DNA of 64,000 bases from Phoronis australis (taxonomy: Eukaryota > Animalia > Phoronida): positions 346,351 through 410,350 of the forward strand of contig NMRA01000283.1 of assembly GCA_002633005.1 (NCBI GenBank), read 5' to 3'. The position numbers and the translations under genes were made by a program. Shown here piece after piece: positions 12,613-24,000 of this stretch. The notes below the pieces were generated by a model. It had not been told where the DNA came from. It saw only the letters and a program-made list of their open reading frames with translations, and did not search any database. Positions within the stretch are counted from its first letter, which is position 1; every line of letters begins with the position of its first letter.

Positions 12613-13812
12613 CGATTAGGAGTTTTCACCTCGTCAAAAATACATTCCACACTTAAAACTATGGCTTAAAAAAGCGCTTACTTTCTTCAGTGGTCCTTTC
12701 TACTTCTACACATATCTTCGATGAAGCTTAGTTACGAGAATTAAGGTGACTTTGACGAAGAATTCCAACTCCACTGTTTTGATCACCGTTAACTTTTTCA
12801 CCACGCGCGCGATAACCACAAAGTATTTCAACTGAGTCACGTGAGTTGTAGGCAAAGGCTAGTGCGAGACTGAGCGAAGCGCGTGACGCTGGCGCGTAAC
12901 ACTACTTGGAAAATAGTATGGGAAGGAATCAGGTGAAATTTTTAAGATTTGTGTCCCTTGTACTTTTTATTCTTTAACATGCGTGATTTCACGTGACTTC
13001 CTTAAAATGGCACCCGGTAAGAGAAACTCGAGCAAACCGCGACAGATTTTTATCAATTTGTTCAAATTATCTTGACTGATCGTCTCCACGGCGGACTGAG
13101 ACAAATGGTATGAGTTAATTATAACTGACAACTCCATGTGCATATATACATGTTTCGTTTGATTTCATTTCCTGTATTTTGAAATTCGTAACTTTTTGTG
13201 GGGATGTACTATCGCCCCATGTATGCCTGCGGCATCCCGGCAGGGCGATGTAATTGCTTAGCGATAGTACATCCCCACAAAAATTTCAAAATACAGCAAG
13301 TAAAATCAAACGAAACATGCATATATGCACATGGAATTATAATTAACGCATACCATAAGTCTGGAGACGATTCAGTCAAGATAATTTGAACAAATCGATG
13401 AAAATCTGTCGCGGTTTGTTCTAGTTTCTCTTACCGGGTGCCATTTTGAGAAAGTTATGTGAAATCACGCATGTTGACGAATACAAAGTTCAAGGGACAC
13501 AAATCTTACAAATTTCATCTGATACCTTTCCATACTATTGTGCAAGTGTCCCACGCTTCCCTCAGTCTCGCGCTAGCCTAACTCACGTAACTCAGTTGAA
13601 ATTCTTAGTGGTTATCGCACAAATGGTGAAAAAGTTAACAGTGACCAAAAAAGTGGAGTTGGAATTCTTCGCCAAAGTCACCTTAATTCTCGTAACTAAG
13701 CTTCATCGAAGATATGTGTAGAAGTAGAAAGGACCACTGAAGAAAGTAAGCGCTTTTTAGTCATAGTTTTAAGTATGGAATGTACTTTTGACGAGGTGAA
13801 AACTCTTAATCG
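12613..13812. mobile_element. 1.2-kb foldback (palindromic non-autonomous DNA element)
   Basis: Left arm ~12613-13215 is the reverse complement of right arm ~13261-13812 (e.g. ctttcttcagtggtcctttctacttctacacatatcttcgatgaagcttagttacgagaattaaggtgac vs its complement at ~13677-13747). ~45-bp spacer; arms differ by scattered substitutions and indels. Confidence 0.9.
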
Positions 13813-14619
13813 GACTTGACACGGGAAGTATTGTAGCCCCTAACCGACCAACCGAGGGGCTATGTAAATGCTATCAGAAGAAACAACAATTACTTGTTGT
13901 TTGCTGGACCCGTTTAGCATACTTTTATTGAGATTTGTGTCTGATATGTTCGGCTGAAGTGAAGCACACGTAGAATTCCTAATCTCTAGTGCCATGTCAT
14001 GTAGTACATTATAATTTGTACCGGACTCTGGAGACGATCAGGACAGAAGCTGAGAACGTCTGTGGTATACATCAGGTTTTATACCGTTACAGACATTGGC
14101 ACGGCATTCAAAGTAAACAAATATGAAACTTACCAGAAATCTGAAGTTCGCTGTCCGTTGTTTTTCAGGTCCCAGCACATAACACCTAACATTGCATTTG
14201 GTTTGAAGACATAAAGAGCTGTTTGTTCTTTCCGACCCCAGAGATCACTTCCAAACTGGGTAACTAACTAGGCCAGACTATTTTCACAATGGTAAGTGAA
14301 TTGAATCAAAACTTAATTTTGACAGAATGCCTGGATTTAGTTCCGCTTTAGGTACCAAATCAACTTTCTCGTTGTTTTTTATTACCACCACAATTACGTT
14401 GCTAAGACGCATCTGTAACCGAAAAGAAGACGAGTATCTCGTCGTTGTTGCCTTCTTGACAATTTTCTCCATGTACCTATTCTGGAATTTGTAGGGGGTC
14501 AGACAGTACGTGTAACTTTAATTTTATTGAAAATAAGAGGCTACCGGCTCACAATCAGCAAACGTATATATAAATTTTATGCACGTGTACATAGTCATTA
14601 AAGATTCGATAAATCGCTT

Positions 14620-16090
14620 GTGATCATTACTACGCTTCGTATCTACTTTGAAATGTCTTTAAAAGTGTTTACTGTCCTCGAATTAAAAAGCCACCTGACG
14701 TTGTTTCTGACGTGGCAACGTGGTACGAACCTATTTCTTACTACTAGTGCTGAACAACGTAACATGAAATGTGCGTCTGTCTCAATATCTCCTGCATTAC
14801 AAATGTTACAAATTTTCACCCCGGGAATATCATGTCTTCTACCGTCTTCAATTTCTAATGCGTGAGTTGAACATCTAGTTTTTGTTAAGTAATATATCTG
14901 CTGCTGTGTCTGGTCTCCACATAAGTACTTTTCGCAAGACAAGTCAGACATAAAATTCACCCTACAAGAGACAACTACGTAACTTTGGAAGTTAACATCT
15001 CTCAGCCTTTTGAATTCTGAAAACATTACTCGTCACCTAGTTCCTGGTTCAACCATGCATGACCGAAGTTCAGTTGTTATACAGGTACACCATTTACTTT
15101 GATCGTGCAATTGCCTTCCATATAACATCAAAAAATATTGTTTAGGAAACCTATCAGTTTGTATGCTCGATTTTTTTCAAAAAATATTTTACAGGTCCAG
15201 ACATATAAGATACAGATAAATCATGACAGCCACAATCACCCTTTCCAATGACGTTGGTCGTCGTAATACCAGTAGAGAGTAATCGTTAACAAAATTTTGT
15301 TTGAACATTTTTCATTTCTTTTCTATTGCTAGTTCCCCATACTGTTTGCTCCATAGACGAAAATGAGTGCTATCATTGTGCCAAACAATTCAAAGGCTCC
15401 ACAGCACGTTATCCAACTTAATCTACAAGAAAATAAACAATCCATAAATATTTATAGTAATTGCACGTTTTCAACTCGACACTTCTGTAATATCATTTTC
15501 CTATTCTTATCAATAGTTTTCCTTTCTTAAAAACAAATATGCTTGACGTGTGGATGTTTACATACTCCACTTTAAACAAAACATTTCGATCACGTCCAAT
15601 CGTGTCTAACTCAACAATTGAGTCGCCAATTAAAGTAACATCGTCGGCATACGGTAACAAAAATTTTCAATGGCCGTGTCAACTTGAATACCGCTTCGTT
15701 CCTTTCCATTTTTCATTTCAACTGCAAGTTCGTTTATATACAAAGAGAACAACAATGGGCTTATTATGCAACCTTGTCTGACTGCATTCTTGCACTCAAA
15801 GGTGTGATGTTTTATTCCTGATTCAGTCTTCATTCCAGTACTTACAGTTGAATACATACTCCGTGCAATTCCCAACAGTACCTTCCGATATTAAAACATA
15901 TTGAATCAACTGCCTTGCAAAAGTCGATCTCAGCGCAATAAAATGGTTTTAATTTTTGTCTTCATCAGCATTTTTCAACCAAATTGTTAAAAATAAAAGT
16001 ATAATTTATAGTTGAATACTTTCTCTGAAGCCATCTTGTTCTTCTGCCAGTAATTTCTGTTCATAGACCCCGGATGTTAATCTTTTATTT
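14620..16090 (-). mobile_element. Decayed non-LTR retrotransposon (LINE) ORF2 remnant: RT domain plus C-terminal CCHC-type motif
   Basis: Minus-strand fragments in different frames: EQDGFRES, IDFCKAVDS, ARSMYS, VRQGCIISPLLFSLYINEL, LLPYADDVTL (~15640), and HALEIEDGRRHDIPGVKICNICNAGDIETDAHFMLRC. Multiple frameshifts and stops. Clade (RTE-X or L2/CR1-like) not resolved. Confidence 0.88.
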
Positions 16091-17317
16091 ACGACTGAAG
16101 TAAAAAAAATTCAGACAGCACGTGCAGCGGTAGAGTCAACTCCCACTGTAGACATCGTATTCGCATAAAGAATGTATATACTCAAAATTATAATATCGGT
16201 ACCTTAGCTTTTACTAATTAGAGATCGACAGCGAAGAGACACCAGAGGGTCAAATCTTTGTAATTTCCTTGTCATTACGTATCACTGCTTTACTAGATCT
16301 ACGGTTCGCAAATATAACCAGCCAACTGCCACAAGCACGAAAATTACGAGAAGTCTAATAAGCAACTCGCAACCTTTACATTATTTGATGACCAACTGTG
16401 TCCTTCAAACACAATTCATTAAACTCGCTAGTGTCACTAATCATAGGATAGTAAAGTGTTAACTGTCCCTTCATATGAATTAATGTTGGATCGAAGATGA
16501 GCAATGCCATTATGCATGTCACCTTTCGTCAGTCAAGTGTTACGCTATCGCAAACTGGTACGCAAACTCCAACTCGCTATCCTTTTGTTGTTGAGATTGT
16601 GCTGCAACGACAGTCGATCCAGGGTAGTGACGTACCAATCATGTCATTATACATTTTGTACGTTTTTTTTCTCGTCTCATTTTCCTCTAGCGCTTCTGAT
16701 TACATTGATGTGGACATGTTGTTGGACGTTTTGTTGGACATGTTGACAAGCTTACGACAGCTTACACTGCTACGGAATTGTAGAATGTCACGGACCAGAT
16801 GTATGTAGGCCTACAACTCGTTATGGGTTGACCCGCAGCCCCCTACTAATGAAGGTGACTTAGTATGAACTCAAAACGTTTCCAAAAATGTGATTGATGT
16901 TTGTTATGAATAATTGCTTCCAAGCCAATGTATCATAGTGTCTTTTTTATTCAAGGTAACATTCTTTCGTCGTCCCTGAACGCAGCGTCGTCGGAATCCG
17001 GTGATGTCATCACACATCACATTCATTATCGTCTGCTTGATTGATACCTCAGTCGACACTTAAATCCCGGCGTCCACAGTGTAGTTCCGTGCACCGATGT
17101 CAACGCTTGCATTCAGACTGGTACGATTAAGAGCGAGAGTTCCGGAACAAAACTTGAACTACTAGTTTCTTCCATTTGCTTTGATTGTGTAATTTGTTGC
17201 CGCTGGGAGAGAAGTAGACAATACTCAAGGCAGTCTATTATTGTCTGTGACAGCATAAATCACGACGAAATGTGATTAATTGTAATATCGTACACGCTGC
17301 ATCGTGTTCGGACACAA

Positions 17318-17833
17318 ATGACTGTTATTCTACAAGCAATGGACAATGTCACAAACTGTTATCGTTCCTTCGCAAACGGCTGTACAGAGTCAAGCGCGGT
17401 ATTAGGCTCCTCAATCGTGATGCACACAATTCTTCTAACCTGCGTAGCTGTGATTTGTTTCGTGGCCACACGAGCGACTTACAATCGAATTCGTCAACTA
17501 TGGGCCAAAGTGACCGTGGTTATCATAGGTGCTGGTCCCATCGGACTGACGGCAGCGTTGATCGCAAGCGCCACGCAGAAGGTATCAGGAATAATAATCT
17601 ATGAAGAAAAATGCAGGAATGCTCTCATCAACAGACCGCAACAAATTGCTTTGAATTCTAAAAGTGTGCGTATTTTGAAGCAGCTGGGAATAGATTTTGA
17701 GAATATCGAAGGTTGTTGGGAGAATGACGACGCCAGAGGAACATTCTTCACTCGCATTGGGGTCTTTCAGGAGTATATATTGAGTATATTGTATAAACTG
17801 GACACACCTGTAGTTTTAAGACTCAAATCGAAG
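17318..17833 (+). CDS. FAD-dependent monooxygenase-like gene, coding exon 1 (172 codons; hydrophobic N-terminal segment plus Rossmann GxGxxG)
   Basis: ATG at 17318 with in-frame TGA upstream at 17273 and no AG between them. Translation contains VMHTILLTCVAVICFVA, then VVIIGAGPIGLTAALIA...IIIYEEK (FAD-binding beta-alpha-beta). Ends AAG|GTAAGT, phase 0. Confidence 0.9.
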
Positions 17834-19400
17834 GTAAGTGTTGCTTAGTCATGATTTCCTGTAGCCTATGGCTATATTATTTTGCACTTCACCTAACGCA
17901 TTCGTAAATCCATTTCCTAGGCGCTAGAGTGGTCGCCTAATTAATGCATTCACAGATTACAAGTACACTTAATCGCATTATTGGTAAAATTGGTACAAAT
18001 TAAAAAGTAGAGCAATGAGATGCCAGTCACGAGCTCAAAAAGTTTACCCTAAGAACTGAATTACACAGGCTTGTTGTAATACTTTTGTCTAGTATTGTAC
18101 GATATTCATTTAAATTTTATTTGTCAGAGCGGCATCTCTCTTCTTTTACCGCTCAAGCAGAGTATCATTATCTTATGTTCCGTGAGGTGTACTGCTTCGT
18201 CACACGATGGTGCAAATATTGATTTAAACGTTTGTACACATATAGTCAGTGTTGTTTAAAAAAAACTCCCAAACGTTAAAATCTGCACGAATTGTTTTTA
18301 TGATTGAAAGAGCACATGTTTTAAGCCCTCATCTGTCACGCATGGCTTGCCTCCCCGAATTCTGTCTCGTCACAGTGACCTACTTTTCTCCAGACATCGT
18401 AGAAATGTCATGTCTTAAACCCAACTCGTTCTTGTGGATTGTTGACATTCCAAACGCTGCTCCTTTAATTATTGATTTCCACATTTCACTCAACTAACAT
18501 AAATCTCCAGTCACAGACTACCGCGGCTTGTTTAACCTGATCCTTGCTTTCCATGGTATATTTCTTATTTCAATATAGCTGCATTACGCCAAAAAGCATA
18601 GTTGTTGTTTTTTTTTTTCATTTTTTAAAGTAGAGTCGGTAATGTGGTATCTTTAGTTGCTCACTTTTTTTCAAAAATGGAAATCCACCTGAGACGAGGA
18701 AGAAAGATGGAGGGTGTGTTTTTTGTTGTGTTCTTTACTTAACTCTAAATTCACAGCGCTGGAAGCCAATCGTAATTTTAATTCCGTTTGCTATCTGACG
18801 TAGGGAGTCATTCTACAGAATTCCCTATACGAAAAAAATCAATTCGCACAGGTTAACGACACTAGGGCTGCAATGGGTACCCGAAATAACCGAGAACCGC
18901 GTAGCCAGAGATGTCAGTTCGGATCTGGTGAGCAAATCTTTGTTTTCGGTTCACTTCCGATGAGAGCAACCTAACGGCCAGTATATGTGCTACAGTGAAA
19001 CTATGTTCCATGAAAGGAAAAAATGGGTGGTCAGTTACGACTTTTGATTTAATCATTATAAACAACCACCAAACGCGTTTTAGTGAGTAAAACCCACCTG
19101 ACTCTTCAAACACTTTGCATGACTTCTGCCCTTGACATACTTTTGGGAAGTTAGTGATGTGTAAAATTGGTCTTCTGACTTAGCCTTAGCTTGATTTCAA
19201 GAAACATGCTATAAGCCATCCGTAGACTGACTGTAGCCAATAGTCTCTTCGAGATTAGAAACACTCCCAATGTTGACAGGTTGATTATTCTTTGAAAGAA
19301 AAAACATGGTGGACGTTGTTTAAAATCAATCGTTATGTGTTTAAGTTGGTTAACACTGTCAAACAAGACTGGTATACAGTGACCACCGTCTCTAGCTGGC

Positions 19401-19686
19401 TCAGTAGAGACGGTGCAGCTCCTATAAAAGCTTCAAACATCGGAAGCTTTTCGGCAAATTATGCCTCGACACACTTACTAAAACATCCAAGTCACTTTGT
19501 TATAATAATACCCTTTGCGCATAGAGGGACGCCTTAGGAGGTCGTCGACGGTCTCCTGAGGCGTCCCTCTATGCGCAAAGGTAATTATAACAACGTTAAA
19601 GTGATGTTTTAGTTAGTGTGAGGCATAATTAGCCGAAAAGCTTCCGGCGTATTAAGCTTCTATAAGAGCTACACCTTCTTTACTGA
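19401..19686. mobile_element. ~290-bp palindromic MITE in monooxygenase intron 1
   Basis: Core cctttgcgcatagagggacgccttaggag / ctcctgaggcgtccctctatgcgcaaagg is a near-perfect stem; degenerate arms extend to tcagta...tactga. Confidence 0.85.
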
Positions 19687-20789
19687 CGTAGATGATGTCA
19701 CATCTCCTCAATGTGAATTTACTTTTGAAGTTACTTATGTATTCAAAGTGTGTAACAGGGCCGTCCCGGATTACAACAACAAATAACACGTGAAACTCTA
19801 GTGGCACGAAAACTAGGCTGCAAATGTGCCCGACGGATGTTTACGGCAGTGAATGTTGGATACTTTTTTAAATTTCGTACTTAGTCCTTGTTTGTTGATC
19901 ATTCGTTCCTCACATTACTTTCAAAATTATATAAATGTCTGACTGGACGCATTGTTCATTATCAGGTGAGAAAGTATTTGATATATTGAAGTAATTTTTA
20001 AAAATTTTTGTTTCGGACGCTATGCCAAGCGCAGGTTTTTGTTTCCACCTTTGAAAGCACGTCTTTACCGTTTAGAAAATAAACTGGAAAAAATATCCGC
20101 TAGTTGAACGCAGTGACGTAGCTCAAGGTCCACCCTGGGCGGCACGGCGACAGGGTTACTGCACTGACGGGGGTAGTTTATTTTACAAAACAAGCGGAAG
20201 CACCTATGCAAATCGTAAATTGCGGTATGTTGCGCAGCCATGATGACGATCACTTTAAATTGGGCATCGCCATTTGAGTGGCTAAGCCAAGCTTTGTGGA
20301 CTTTTCGAGCACCGCCCAATGCATCCTTGACAGATAATTTCGCATCGCAACGCAAGTCATGGGGTTTCAAATATTGCTTACGTGCACTTGTGGGGCGTTT
20401 CAAAGAAAAGCATGAGACTTTTCTGAAATTGAATTCGGTGGGCGTTTTTTTTTTTAGGGGCTGAGTTCAGGCCTAAAAATGAATCGAGGTACAGAGCAGA
20501 GCCAATTATGCTTTTGTCGAAATAGTATGGACAATAGGCAGCGCGACATCCTTAACTCTTTAAATGTAACGGTTTTTGCAATACTATGTCTAAGGTAGAT
20601 CCATTAGTTGATTGCATTTCTAAACGCTATGTTTACTAAGTCTATTCCTTTGAAATTTGAAGGCTGGGAAGAAAAACGTTGTAATGAATAATACACATGC
20701 TTATCCTACACTGCGCCATATCTAAGGGGTACTCTCACAGGAGGCGTTGTTAGCAACCTTCTCAGGTATCGTCTCAGTTGTGTAATTTG

Positions 20790-21000
20790 ATATTGTGGTG
20801 TCAAAATGTTCAGGTAATCGTAGAGAACGAGATGGATAGAGTTCCAGAAAGTTGTGGCGTCCTGGGGAAGATTAATAATGACAACTCGTACACCGACTTT
20901 ATGGATTACTGAGGTGTTTGTAGGTGGTATGAGAGTGTGATGGCTACCTCCTGCTACTTGATTGTGTATCCCCTTGAATACCACGAGTCATGACAGTGTT
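20790..21000 (-). mobile_element. Possible very decayed 3' end of a CR1/L2-type LINE
   Basis: Minus ORF has LVVFKGIHNQVA...PQDATTFWNSI, resembling the L..FYKI.HNLV...FFP.T...WNSLP C-terminus of CR1/L2 ORF2. Weak match. Confidence 0.3.
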
Positions 21001-24000
21001 GTCAAGGCGTATCAATACAGGAACTACGGGCTTCGTTTGCCAACACTTACATGATGGAATACGTTACCCAAATTCGACACCCTATTTTTAGTCTTCTGGT
21101 ATACCTTCACAACTTGGGTAATTCATGTTAGGCATGACATCGCTTAATTTTGGGGAGGGGGTAAATTGCTGAAACTCTTACTCCCTTATTTTCAATTGAC
21201 ATTCCTTAAATGTCAGATTCAGAATTGCCGTTGATCGTTTGCCCATTTTCCTAGGCTTTGAGCACAAGTGCATGTAAAAGTACGCATGAATCTGAAAACA
21301 GTATTATAATACCTCTTTAAAGGTGAGACTTTTAAAATTGTTATTAAAGCTGCATTTCGCCCTGTTAAACTGTCTAAAACGAAAATCGAATGAGTCTTTT
21401 CACTCTCATAAAATTGGGTTCTATTTCGGTTATCAACAAGAACATCGAAACCATAAGCGAGTCAAGAAAATAGTTCACAAAAGCTAGAAAAACGTGTAGT
21501 GGGGACATTTAAGGTATGTTTCCTCTCAGCCTACTCTCGATTTTGTTATATTAGTAGGTGGGTGTTTAGGGGAAACAACGGTACACGTGTGCACGGTTTT
21601 GTTCACCGTCTTGAATATACAATTAGACAAAAGTAAACAAAACAAGTTACGTGGGTTCCCATGTAGGTGGACGGGAGAGTAAGAGGCCATTAAAGCCGAC
21701 GTGTTTGGAAGATCGCCAAGATTGCCATTTCCAACATATTCAGTATTGTCATTTTTTCCTGAAATCCACATATGCTGAATTTGAGAGCGCCTATAAAAGT
21801 GTCGATGATGTCAATCAATATCCGGTAATTTGCAAGATCAGCCACATTCACAAAGGCCACCCCAGGGTCAGTATTTATACTCACACAGAAACAAACAAGA
21901 GTTTAAATTTAAACTCGTTGCGTTTAAAGCCTTAATACTATCACAGTGTCGAAAATAATTAATGTCAGCAATCACCCAGGCATTGGTTGACCAGCGAACC
22001 CAAGCTTCGATGGAGGATATTAGTTACTTTCATAAATAACATGTGTCCAAACAACGTACTGGTGACATAAATTTATTACCAAGCAGTGTTTTTATAATTT
22101 GCTTGCTATTTGAAGAGAAATCTGCACATTATTGTCGAATCCCCAAAGAGCGCAATATAAAGATCGGCTTGATTAATTAATCTACCTAGTTTTGCATAAC
22201 GTTATGCGCACGGGGTACGCTTGCTCGACTGAAACATTGGACTCGCGTATTATATGCGGAATCAAGATACGGCAAATAATAGCCTCGCCATGTAATAAAT
22301 ATATGTTAACCTACACGCGTTTAATATCTGTGATATTATTAGCCGAGGTTGCTGTGCCAAGTAAGAATTTTTACGAGGCCGAACGTCTCATAACATTGAA
22401 AACATCAGCTACTGGGGTTCGCCATCCCTAAAATCGAAAACGGCGTATCTATCCATTACCTGTTACTTGTGTTGCCGACTCATTTGGTAACAATTCAACA
22501 TTGGATGAGCGTGGTAATGCTTTTTAATCGCAAAGCCCCTCATTTCAAAATTCAACATTGAAAGCTAAACTGTGACAAAATGTCCCTTTAAACAGCAGTT
22601 TTTGGTTGTTGCCTGGCCAGATTAGGCGATTTGGCCGGCATTGTTTTTTGTCGCTTTAACTTCATTGGTGATGAATAATTTACGTGTGAGAAATGAAATC
22701 AATGAGTCAGCCGTGACTTGAAATAATGAAGCTGACATATAGCCGAGTTGAAAATAATTACAACTCAGTTTCAAAAATACCAACGAGTATTAATTAGCTA
22801 AAAGGGAAAATTCAATTATTGGACTATTTCTCAAACGACACTCCGTGTCAGTGTACATGTGACAATTCATTGTTAGTATTAATAACTGAATGGTCACAGG
22901 TAGGGGACATTTTAAGAAATAAGATTTGTTAGTAATTCCATGTTCGTCATACGCACAAAGATACAGTAAATGTGGTCCTTCTTCCAAAAATTAGAAGAAC
23001 ATTGAATATTTTACGAAAATTCTCTTTGTCACGACAAATACATTCCAACAGGTCTGGTATGCACGACTTTTATGGCACCTGTATAAACATGTGCAGGTGG
23101 TCCTTCAGTCTTTTACTAAAGTGCATGCTTACGATACCTTTATAGTTTTTTGCAATGCCAAAGAACCTGAATTCTTTTTCGCACTAATGAACTCACAACC
23201 AACGTGCCAGAATCTGATGACTCTTTACATTCCCTAGGTGTGGTGATAACTAGATTGTAAGGAAACGTTTTTTTCTAGTTTTTCCTTTTATCGGAAAAGT
23301 TTAGCACCTCTTATTCACAGGCGCTCTCCGTCATTGTGTCGAGCAAATGGAGTGCTCAACGGAGATTCCCATTCTGTCAAAAATGGATAGTCCTTAATTT
23401 CACTGACCTTGTTACATGAACATGCCTGTTTCTGTGTTCATCTTGGAAAACGTGTTTCGCTTGAGTAGTGAATGAAAACAGTCATCTTTTAACACTGTTT
23501 CTAAATATCGATTACTCACACCTACTTCTAGTCTATTTACATTGTTACGTCGTTTCGGTCGGCCGTTTCTCACCCAACTTCAGATTTTTGTAGTTTAAAT
23601 CAGGGAACTTTCAGTTATTTTGCTCTCTATCCACTAGCGGTATATTTTGCTCCGGCCATAGTTACAAGGCAGTTTGATTACCAAGGGGCACTTTTAAAGT
23701 AAGAAAACAAATTAAATGGTACAGTACTGCCAAAGCTTGGATGTAGCATTATCAGCGAGAACGGTGAGATCACCTTCAGCGTTGAATAAACTTTACGACC
23801 CCTTTGGTCGCAGCCAAACGCTCATTCAGAGGAGTTGAATCACATTCCATAAATGACATTTCAACGTTTTTAACTGGAAAAGTCACTGGCCTGGATTTGA
23901 GACAATTGTCTAGTAAACAGTGGCGAGAATTGGTATGTGTCACACAATCACCAAGACACAGCGGGTTTTGTTGTTTTGTAGCACTGGTGGTGAATATTCT

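Noticed and set aside
13198-13721. ORFs within the 1.2-kb palindrome as transposase
   Set aside because: Short, no DDE or DNA-binding motifs, and not preserved in the mirror arm.
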